Shown here: positions 53,612-64,000 of the stretch, one piece after another
Numbering within the stretch: position 1 is the first letter of the stretch
Layout: every line of letters begins with the position of its first letter
Origin: Octopus sinensis
Lineage: Eukaryota
Direction of reading: 5' to 3'
Assembly: GCF_006345805.1 (NCBI RefSeq)
Contig: NC_043004.1
Span: 23,436,001 to 23,500,000, forward strand
DNA: 64,000 nt
Made by a program: the position numbers and the translations under genes
The notes under the pieces: model-generated
What the model was told of the DNA's origin: nothing
Databases searched by the model: none
What the model saw: the letters and a program-made list of their open reading frames with translations, nothing else

Positions 53612-54500
53612 CTTTTACTTGTTTCAGTCATTTGATTGAGGCAATGTTAGAGCACTGCCTTTAGTCAAACAAATCAACCCCAGGAATTATTCTTTGTAAG
53701 CCTAGTACATCTTCTATTGGTCTCTTTTGCCAAACCACTCAGTTACAAGGACATAAGCCCACCAACAACAGCTGTCAAGCGATGGTGGTGGTGGGGCAAG
53801 CAAACACACACATACGCATATGATGGGCTTCTTTTAGTTTCCATCTACCAAATCCACTTACAAGGCTTTGGTCAGCCCAAGGCTATAGTGGAAGACACTT
53901 GCCCAAGGTGCTATGCAGTGGGACTGAACCGGGAACCATGTGGCTGGGAAGCAAATCTCTTACCACGCAGCCACTCCCATACCTGCACACAGTCACTCCT
54001 GCTTGTTTCAGTCATTGGGGAGGAACGGTTGTGAAAGGTCTTAGTCAAATAAATCAACCCAAGTACTCACTTTTTCAAGCCTAGTACTTATTCTATCAAG
54101 TCTCTTTTGCTGAACCACTAAGTTCAAGGGAACATACACAAACCAACACTGATTATCAAGTAATGGTGGGGACAAACACACTCATAAACTTATATATATA
54201 CACACAATAGGTGTCTTTCAGTTTCCATCGACCAAATCCATTCACAAGGCTTTGGTTGGCTCGAGGTTATAGTAGAAGACGCTTGCCCAAAGTACCATGC
54301 AGTGGAACTGAACCTGGAACTATGTGGTTGCGAAACCAACCTTACCACAGAGCCACACCTACGTTGCTGCTTTAAATACATTTCTCAATGTGATTGACAT
54401 TATTATTGTATTTGTTTCATCTTTGTACCCAGCATGGCTGTAGTTCAATGATGAAACCAGTAAAAAATGGATAAAAATAATAAATTAGTAGTAATGTTAC

Positions 54501-54624
54501 CTGATGAGGTGTGCTCTCTGCTGACATTGCTGTAAAACCACAAATGTCACTGAAGTAGATTGATACACTTTCGTAAGATTTTGCTGTTACTGCTTCACCT
54601 TTAATTAGTTGAGTTGCTACATAC
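54501..54624 (-). CDS. Receptor-type guanylyl cyclase, internal exon (start of cyclase domain)
   Basis: ccctacag|G...CAG|gtaac; 124 nt; encodes [41 protein letters not shown] with the first metal-binding Asp (FSDIxGFT). Phase-compatible with the next exon. Confidence 0.95.
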
Positions 54625-55529
54625 CTGTAGGGAGGAGGAGGAGGCAGAAGAGGATAATTATGTAATAATGGCTAATAATGGGCACAATTAAAACTAGAGA
54701 AGAGAGAGATGAAGAGCAAGTAAGCGTAATAAAAAGGATTGTAAAGATAGACATAACCAACAAAAATGCAACCAAGAATCTAATAAAATCAAAGTACTAC
54801 TCTTTTACTCGTTTTAGTCATTTGACTGCAGCCATGCTGGAGCACCACCTTTTAGTTGAGCAAATCGACCCCAGGACTTATTCTTTGGAAGCCTAGTACT
54901 TATTCTTGCCAAAACTATAAGTTACGGGAACGTAAACACATCCCCATCGGTTGTCAAGCGATGTTGGTGGGGAGAAACACAGACACACAAACATATACAC
55001 ACACATACATATATATATATATACATATATACGACGGGCTTCTTTCAGTTTCCATCTACCAAATCCACTCACAAGGCTTTGGTTAGCCTGAGGCTATAGA
55101 AGAAGACACTTGCCCAAGGTGCTATGCAGTGAGGAATGAACCCAGAACCATGTGGTTGGTAAGCAAGCTACTTACCACACAGCCGTGGCTGCACCTACTA
55201 TTGGGAAATTCCTTAAGAGTTACATGTCATTAATAAAAGTTATGGTTTAGCTCCAGTTTAATCCTGATTCTGCCCACAAACTTCTGATCAAAGAATAAAT
55301 TTATTCTATTCTATGGGTAAAAGAAGATACAGGAGGATCAGTTCATTAAATTTTATTCAACATATTCCTCTCTCAGATTCACACACTTATTGTAATGGTC
55401 CTTCAGGTTTTCTAAGCCCTGTAAAAGAACTCAAAAGGTTGGGCTTCCAACCAGGCCTTTCACAATACCCTTAAAACCAGGAAATTTGCAACACCTCCTC
55501 ATAAGACTTCTTTTATCCCCAAATCCATC

Positions 55530-55760
55530 CTGATTCATCTCACAGACTTCTGATCAACAATGTTGTTTAGCTCTCGGCCACCTTATTGTCAAATGTTTTG
55601 TTTAGCCCCAGGTCTGCCCGCATCCAGCACAGACCTCTGATCAACAGTGTTGGTTAGTCCTAGGTTTGCTGTCATAGCATAGACTTATGATCAAAGGTGT
55701 CGTTTAGCCTTAGGTCAGCCTTGGTCCAATACATAGGCCTATGATCAAAGGTATTAAAAC
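55530..55760. repeat. Degenerate tandem repeat, roughly 50-bp unit
   Basis: Recurring agac(t/c)t(a/c)tgatcaa...ttagccc(c/t)aggt motif, about four copies. Confidence 0.6.
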
Positions 55761-56849
55761 TTTGGGCATTTTGTTTTCACTTTTCCAGAATTAGCATATC
55801 TGGGACTATATTATTCTTGATACTCTTTGTCCATTCTGCTTTAAAATGGTAGGGTTTGTTTTGAGTGAGATTTGACTCCTATGGTAGAGGCTGTGATAAT
55901 GCAAGGAGTAGTAGGTGTATCATAATTCAGAGTTTTAATTCCTATCATAGTTGAATACCTGAATTAAAGACTTGAATGTAGTTACAATATTGAAATTATA
56001 CTCTCTCTCCTTCTCTCTCTAAGAAGATATTTGAAAATTGAATGCCTTATAACTTCTCTAATGTTTTGGAAATATGCTGGTGTTATGTATATATGCATAC
56101 ATAAATACATACACACACACACACACACACACACAGTGTTTCTTTCAGTTTCTGTCAACCAAATCCACTTACAAGGCTTTGTTGGACTGGGGTTATTGTA
56201 GAAGATATTTATACAAGATGCTATTCCTCTTGACTAAAAGATTAAAAAATGGGTTTGAAATGAGTGGAAAACGGAGGAAGCAAAGAACCATATCAGGTAG
56301 CTAAAAGGGATAAAGAGCTTTAACAAAATACCACAAAACATTTTGAAAGAAATGAGCAATTCTGATACTCCTCCTCTCATAGGATCTATATTTTATATTA
56401 GATTTTATTAAATCTATTTACTCTCTGTGATAGTTGCATTTAAATACTTAAGCTTATACCACTCGATAAAAAGTACCAAATAACTATTGATTGGGCCATC
56501 AAATTCAATCGTTGACAGTCTAAGATGGCAACACAAACTGCTGACAAGCTCAAGGTTAATGACAACCAACTTGTTTAAAATTAAGACACTTCATTTATCA
56601 GCCCATTGTCATTCCTCTTGAGGTTTCAGTCACAACATCTTAATATGACTGAAAATATTGGATATTTTCTTCTTCAGAACTGAGAAGAATCAATGAATGA
56701 ATGTTATTTTCTTGAATTAATAGAGAAAGTATTTCCAGCAAATTTTATTGATATTCTTCACTGGAATTTAATGTCAAGCGTCAATGGACACTCAGCTGTT
56801 CTGTAGTATGAATATAGCAGGATAGTAGATACTTGTACTATCACCATGC

Positions 56850-57185
56850 AACAGAATGACACTAATATAGTAGTAGTAGTACAATCACTATGCAACAGGA
56901 TAAAAGATACTATTACTATATCACAGATTAGCAGATAATGTTCTAGTTATAGTACTTTTGCTATTCAATGGGATGATAGACAAAGTTGTTATAACATCAC
57001 TGTTGCTATACAACAGGATCTTAGACAATATTTTAATTACAGTATTCTCACTATGCATCAGAATGAGACTCTTTTAGTGACAGTACTGTCACTATACAAC
57101 AGGATAATAGGAAATATTGTAATGTCAGTAAAGTCGCTATTCAACAGAATGGCATTACTGTTGCTATATAACAGGATGGTACCAT
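56850..57185. repeat. Degenerate minisatellite
   Basis: Recurring ctgt(t/c)(g/a)ctat(a/g)caacag(g/a)at core at irregular spacing of about 35-50 bp. Confidence 0.6.
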
Positions 57186-57793
57186 TGATTAACATTGTCC
57201 AATTTGTCATGATATGTTTCTCAGCTGCCTTTAGAAAATTCAATTCTGTTGCATGCATTCGAACCAGACCCTCCAATTCTCTCCACACTTAGATTTTTCC
57301 AGCAGATGTTGAAGCTGAGCATCAACTTTATCAGCCTTACAAATCTGGGAAGCACCTACAAAGGATATGGACATGCTCACTTGACATCAGATTATTAATT
57401 AAAAAAACGAAATAGTTGAGTGACTATATAGAGGATCACTTCTAATTGAATTCGATCCATCTAACATAATGAAATGAGAATCTATCTCCATTTGTCATTT
57501 GATTGTAGCAGATACTGTCACCTACTACTTTGTCACTATGGAAGCAAATGAAAAAACAGAAAAACTATTATGAATATCTGCAGCCAGCAATTAGGAAGTA
57601 AAAGCATCTATTCTACTGTGAATGATAACAACAGCAACCACAACAACATACTAGATAATAGATGTAAAATTTCATCACATAACAGTAACAGATATTGAAC
57701 ATGCATTATATCAGATGGCAAAGTACTCAACAACTTTGCGTCATGACTGAAACCAGAGAATGTCAAGACATTGGTGTCTTTTTATATATATAT

Positions 57794-57838
<45 letters not shown>

Positions 57839-57860
57839 GTATATATATATATATATATAA

Positions 57861-57946
<86 letters not shown>

Positions 57947-58353
57947 TACTCTTTTACTCTTTTACTCTTTTACTTGTTTCAGTCATTTGACTGCGGCCAT
58001 GCTGGAGCACCGCCTTTAATCGAGCAACTCGACCCCTTATTCTTTTGTAAGCCCAGTACTTATTCTATCGGTCTCTTTTGCTGAACCGCTAAGTAACGGG
58101 GACATAAACACACCAGTATCGGCTATCAAGCAATGCTAGGGGGACAAACACAAACACACAAATGCATATATATATATATATACATATATACGATGGGCTT
58201 CTTTCAGTTTCCATCTACCAAATCCACTCACAAGGCTTTGGTCGGCCCGAGGCTATAGTAGAAGACACTTGCCCAAAATGCCATGCAGTGGGACTGGACC
58301 CGGAACCATGTGGTTGGTAAACAAGCTACTTACCACACAGCCACTCCTGCGCC
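57947..58353 (-). mobile_element. tRNA-derived SINE family 1, best-preserved copy; others near 13095-13503, 21769-22174, 28109-28403, 29080-29420, 42455-42875, 53608-53983, 53994-54360, 54798-55195
   Basis: Minus-strand head ggcgcaggagtggctgtgtggtaag...ggtccagtccc (Pol III A/B-box-like), central microsatellite, tail ...tgactgaaacaagtaaaagag; many aligned copies. Confidence 0.88.
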
Positions 58354-58358
58354 TATAT

Positions 58359-58407
<49 letters not shown>

Positions 58408-58560
58408 ATATATATATATATATATATCATCATCATCATCATTTAGCGTCCGCTTTCCAAAATTCCTTTACTCTCGACACATGTTTCGAAGACAGCATGT
58501 TTTCATTCCAAAGGAATAAAGGGTGCATTATGCAATGGAGGAATAAAGGGTGCATTATGC

Positions 58561-58986
58561 AATGGAGGAGGCTAGTTCATGGGATTACCTTAGGTTTCTT
58601 GTCCATAAAGCATTCAGCTTTATGGCATATTGTCAGATCCCAAAAATCTGTTGACCCATGACCACTTAAAAATACGGAGGGGGAAATGCTTCACCATTCA
58701 AATGTAACAATTGGGGATTATCTCCCTTCACTATTGGCTATTGACTTCTGGGAGGTTCCTGCCAGCATTTCAGAGCCCACAAGATGGAGGCACAGCTGGA
58801 AGTTGATAGCCAATAGCAAAGAGAGATAATCCTCAATTATTACCTTTGGGTTGTGAGATATTTCCCCCTGCATACTTTTAACAGGTCACGAGCCAACAGA
58901 TGTTTGGAATCTGATGATACGCCATAAAACTAAACCCTTTATGGACAGGAGACCTAAGGTAATCCCATAAACCGGCCTTCCCCATT
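58561..58986. mobile_element. Large fold-back/MITE-like element
   Basis: Arms of about 190 bp (atgggattaccttaggt...ctattggctattgacttc versus gaagttgatagccaatag...acctaaggtaatcccat) with a spacer of about 50 bp. Confidence 0.85.
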
Positions 58987-59006
58987 TTTAATATGTATAT
59001 ATACAA

Positions 59007-59044
<38 letters not shown>

Positions 59045-61060
59045 CATGGTTGACTGCTGGTGTGCAGCCCTAGGTCAGCCCTAAACCAACAGACTTATGA
59101 GCAAAGGCCTTCATGCTTTTTCCAGGCATAGTGTATCTTGGATCATATTCAGTATCCATGTTTTTGAAAGATACAGGGAGATTTTGCTGCTACTTCAAAA
59201 AGGTTGAGTTTAGTGGGGACAAAAAGGGTCCCTGTTGTCTAATATGGCTGATGGCATTAGGAGAGGCAGAGGTCAGTCAATAGAATTATTAATCAACTAC
59301 TATTTTTATTAATAGTAGTATTCTTTGAATTATTCATAGATTCAGTAGTGTCTTGATCCTGTGATGTTTCTCGAAGCCAAATTATTTATGAATATCTCAC
59401 TCATTGAGTGTCATGTATCTACTTGACTGTAATAAAACTAGGACAGATTACAGCATTTAGTAAATAAAAAAAAACAATGTCTAAAGAGACTTGAAGCAGT
59501 CAGTGGTGACTAAAATTACTAAGCAAAGTTTCCAAATTTTGATAAGTTTTTAAGCTGTTGGGAAACAAGATTATTAATAGTTTAATTAAAACCCTTCGAT
59601 GACAAGAAATCATTTTAAAAATTGCTTTTCTCGAAATGTTAATAACCTCATTTTCCCATGGTATGTAAACTTATCAGGATTAGGAATATATATGTTATTG
59701 GAAAATTATTATAGTTAAGATAATTATGTTTTGTAAATGTGGAGGTACTGTAGCATCTTTGACCTAAATACTACTTCCAGGAATATATTAACCAATTTAT
59801 GAGAAAACACATAGTACTATCTGAACATTCAAGAAGAACAAGGGCTGAAACAGGAGTGACAGGATCAAGTAAATATATTTTGATGCCACATTGCCTCTGA
59901 TCAGTTTGAATTTCTCATGAATACACATACTAAATTCTCAGAGATTCTACTACTATTTGTAGAATTCTTGACAGAGTAAAAACTGTTAATTCCAAAAGGT
60001 TTAATTTGATATTGATCGCATCAATATTATATATTAAATACTTGATCTCATTTTTTTTTTAATTTTTGAAACAGAAATGAAAATTATGGGCTTCATTTTC
60101 AGATTCATTCAGAAATCAGGTTAAATATGTTGATTGCAATCGCTATCCAAATGTCTATCCATCAAGTTAACGAGACACTTTAATCGTCTTTTAGATTCAA
60201 TAATATTTGCATAAAAGGTTTGGCAAAGCAAACATTGCACTGATTAATAAAACTGAGTATATTCTTTGCATTTAGTTGGTGTATATTTACAGAGCTACCA
60301 TTGACTCAAGCCATAATTTAGTGAGAATTAGGTCAGCCATTGTGCTACTGAAGATTAAAACAAGTGAAACACAAATAAATGCTGCCAAGTTGACAGTTAC
60401 AAATTGGGTAAGAAAGATCAAAGGTGGTTTGAAACAATACTGAATATAAAAGTTTTAAGGTTAACCCCTGTAGAACCAACCAGTCTGTAATTTATGGTGA
60501 CAAGAAAGCATAAATTCACAGTCTTGTTCATACATATCTAGATAATAGCTGTTTAATCTGTTACCAGGAACAGAGCTAATATTAATAACTGTACAGGTAA
60601 GAGAGTTAATTGTAAGACACTAAATCAATGGCATTATTGCTAACATTAGTAGTAGTAGTAGCAGCAGCAGTAATGCAATGGTAGTAGCAGTACTTTAGCT
60701 CCAGGTGGGGGCCTGTGTAAATAAATGTATGATCAAAACTAAGACCATTCCATTTTTCTCTTTTTGTTCTTTTATCTACAATAGTATTTCTAGGAATATA
60801 TCTAGTATGCCCTTCCTTGTTTTTAGCTGTTTGTGTATTTTGAAGAAATGGTTGCTATTTCTAGCAAGTGAATGACTATGTCAATGATTACTTGCCAGTT
60901 TTATGATAGAGGTGATAAATGCAGTGCTGTGGCAGGATTAACAGTTGTCAGCATACCAGACAAAATGCATTGTCACATTTCTTCTGGCTTTACATTCTGA
61001 GTTCAAATTCTGCTGAGGTCAAGTTTGCTTTCCATCCTTTTGAGGTTGGTAAAATAAGTA

Positions 61061-61571
61061 TTGGGTTGTCCGGAAAGTTTGTGCCGATTTTTAGCAGCTT
61101 GCCTTTCGACTTATTTTAGAACATGGTTGAGTCCATAAAATAGGATTTGACTACACCTCCATTTAAAGCACAGTTTAAGCTATCTTTTCGTGGAAGAAGG
61201 TTTATGTTCTTTCCACACTTGATGCTTTGGGAGCCAGATAAAAATTGCTGCAGCTTGGCTGGGATGTGTTACCCCAGCTTCCATATTCACCAGATATTGC
61301 TCCTTCTGATTTCCACTTATTCAGGTCTCTGCAGAATAGTCTTAATGGTAAAAATTTCAATTCCTTAGATGACATAAAAAGAGACCTTGATGAATTCTTT
61401 GCCACGAAACCACCTCAATTCTGGGAAGAGGGTATTTTCAAGTTAAAGGAAAGATGGGGACACATTGTGCAACAAAATGGTTCATATTTGGTTGATTAAA
61501 AATGTAATGGCAAGTATTTATTGACTTTTTTCTTCCTTTAAAAATCGGCATGAACTTTCCAGACAACCCAA
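61061..61571 (+). mobile_element. Internally deleted mariner element with TIRs and TA target duplication
   Basis: ta|ttgggttgtccggaaagtttgtgccgatttt ... aaaatcggcatgaactttccagacaacccaa|ta; ORF 61245..61499 has the YSPDIAPSDFHLFRSL motif. Confidence 0.93.
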
Positions 61572-63464
61572 TAATAGTTAGACACTGGGATCAATGTAAT
61601 CAAATGAACCCTGCTCTCTATAATTCAGGCCTTGGGGCAATTGTAGAAACAATTATAACAGTGGTAAAGTAATATTTCTATTTCATTGAAGAATATCCTG
61701 TTATTGACAAAATATTTCCAAAAGCTGGTGTGCTTTGCTGGAAAATGTTTTTCCTTTAAAGAAGATGTCTTTTGTGGACATCTGTGGTTAAACTAGTTGC
61801 TAATACTGTGTAATAAAATTTTAATTCTTTTTGTCTTTGGTCAGTAAGTCTTTATTCCCTATTTGCTTCTATCTAGAAATCAAAGGAAACAACTAGGAAT
61901 CCTTTCAATCTTTACTTTTGTGACCTGGACACCAATGTTTTAAAACTGACCTATTTTCCATTACATTTCTGACAGATTCAGTGCTGAGTTGCTGAAGCAG
62001 ACATATCATTATAGAAAATATTCTGCTCAATACCACAGATTTGTTTGTCAGTTGTTTAACCATAACCATTGGAGCATATCCCTTAGTGGATGACAATATA
62101 TGCATCTCTGATCATGAACACGAGTAGTGGGGAAGCATTATAACCATATGTTGAGAGAGATTTTGGGGGTTTGAATAAATGTAACAAAAGTTAAGTTTAA
62201 AAGAAATAGCTACTTTTCGGACTTTCTAAAGCTGAGCAAATAGAACATTACAGGAGCTACCCAAGGACAAAAATCGTGTTACACAGTATTATCTTATTTC
62301 TAAACAATCCTGATTAAACAGACTTATGAAGATCATCCCATCTTTAGGGATATTATGATAGCAGGGATGTGATTTGAGGGAATTTTTCATTTCTGATAAG
62401 GGATCATGGATAGACTTCCATGTTAATTTTAGTTGGATGTAGTTGTTATTTTTGAGAGCTACACAAGATAGATATAAGAGGAAGGTCACTACAAGAAGAT
62501 TTTTAACCTAGTTGCTGGTGGTTACTGTTTTACTAAGTATAGTTCATTAGAGGATGGCCTTTATACTGACCATCATCCAATATATTATCTCTTTAACCAT
62601 TACTTTATTTCTACTAAGTATATCATATTCAGACAAAATTTCTATTAGATATATTATAAACCACACAACTCTGGATCAGATGAAACTTGGGAACAATAGT
62701 GATTAAAAAGTGGTTCCACACTCCTCAAATTCCTGGAACTCTTAAACTAGGGTCCCAGTACCAAATGCAGTTAATTGTCATACTCAGGCTGAACTAAACA
62801 ATCATTAAATAGATATATTGATCTCAGGTTAGATTAGATGACAATTAAGTATTCATTGACTTCAGGTCAAGTTAAATTGCCATAGAACCCTGACCATAAT
62901 GCAGATTAGACAACCATCAAAAGCACTTAAAATAGACACTTAGCATGGACCGAGATGACTGATTGCAATAACCACCTTCAGTGGTCATTCAGTGGGCTAT
63001 ACCAAAACTAAAACAATAATATCAGTTAGGTTATGATTTAAAAACAGAGGCAGAATAAATGGTGGTATCAATAATTTAGACAAATATGCAGCCAGTGTAA
63101 ATGTTGTTTTAAAAGCATTACTGGTGAAAAGGAAACTTCTAATGAACCAACAATAGTCAATTGAGAGTTTAATGCACTCACATTTGTATAATTCTGTCAT
63201 TAGACAATGAACAGACAGTTCTACTAATTGTAAAATGTTTTAGTTTTGTTTTCACTAATTAAAATTTTTATTTATTTGATTGTTTTAGTGTTTAGAACTT
63301 AGTTTAGAGTCTATCTCCTCAACTAATTAAATAGCTTCACTATCCCTAGCAGTGTTTCCATGGTGATATTGATTTGTTAAACATTGATTAAAATAGAGAA
63401 GAGAGTGTTAGTTATAGTGCAAGAAGTTGGTATTACATGATTGGTTGCTGGTGGTCGTGTATTA

Positions 63465-64000
63465 TAGCATGGGGTGGCACAGGTATTTACCATTGGGTCT
63501 GGTGATGTTATACCATGGGGAGGCACAGGTCATCCTCATTTGGGGCTAGTGTTGTTATAACATGGGAAGGCACCTGTAATCACAACTGGGAGCTGGATAG
63601 GGTTGTTATACCATGGGGAGGCACAGGTAATCACCATTGGGGGATGGTATTGTCACACTATGAAGAGGCACAGGCAATTACCACTGTGGGCTGGTATTGT
63701 CATACATAGGGAAGCACAAATAAGCACAGTTGAGGACTAACATATTATGGGGAGGCACAGGTAATCACCATTGGGGCTGGTGTTGTTATACCATGGGATG
63801 GTTAAGGTAATCATAATTGGCATTGTCATGCAATGGGGAGGCACAGGTAAACACAGTTAAGGGCTGTTACCGTTATACCATAGGAAGACATAGGTAATCA
63901 TCATTAGGGCTGGTGTTCTTATGCATGGGAAAGCACAGATAATCACCACCAGAGGCTGGTGTTGTTATACTATGGGGAGACACAGGTAATCATAATTGGG
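63465..64000. repeat. 46-bp minisatellite, about 12 degenerate copies, runs off the window end
   Basis: Consensus ccatggggaggcacaggtaatcaccattggggctggtgttgttata. Confidence 0.9.

Noticed and set aside
57200-57400. Possible missing cyclase coiled-coil exon (ELEGLVRMH resembles NLEGLVEER)
   Set aside because: That frame has stops just upstream and lacks MEQY/LLxxMLP motifs; other frames match nothing I recognise.
63465-64000. CRISPR-like array
   Set aside because: Units are contiguous degenerate tandem copies with no unique spacers, there are no cas genes, and the context is eukaryotic.

Overview
AT-rich eukaryotic genomic DNA, very dense in microsatellites and transposon relics. The SINE families look like those of Octopus (a coleoid cephalopod); this is recognition from memory, not a database match. 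The only clearly identifiable gene is the 3' part of a receptor-type guanylyl cyclase on the minus strand: six GT-AG exons, 54624 down to the stop at 38846, covering the whole cyclase domain, with upstream exons not found in the window. Downstream on the same strand, several splice-bounded, phase-compatible open exons (best: 22649-22590, 19269-19198, 2705-2547) suggest a second, unidentified multi-exon gene that the ORF track misses. The rest is tRNA-derived SINEs, RTE and CR1/L2-type LINE fragments, a decayed Ty3/Gypsy element, Tc1/mariner relics, non-autonomous Helitrons, fold-back/MITE-like palindromes, repeats carrying minimal hammerhead-ribozyme-like motifs, and mini/microsatellites. Most ORFs in the track are simple-repeat artefacts. 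No CRISPR, rRNA or bona fide tRNA gene is supported. I did not find a demonstrably new system; the best leads are the orphan gene and the variant hammerhead-like motifs.
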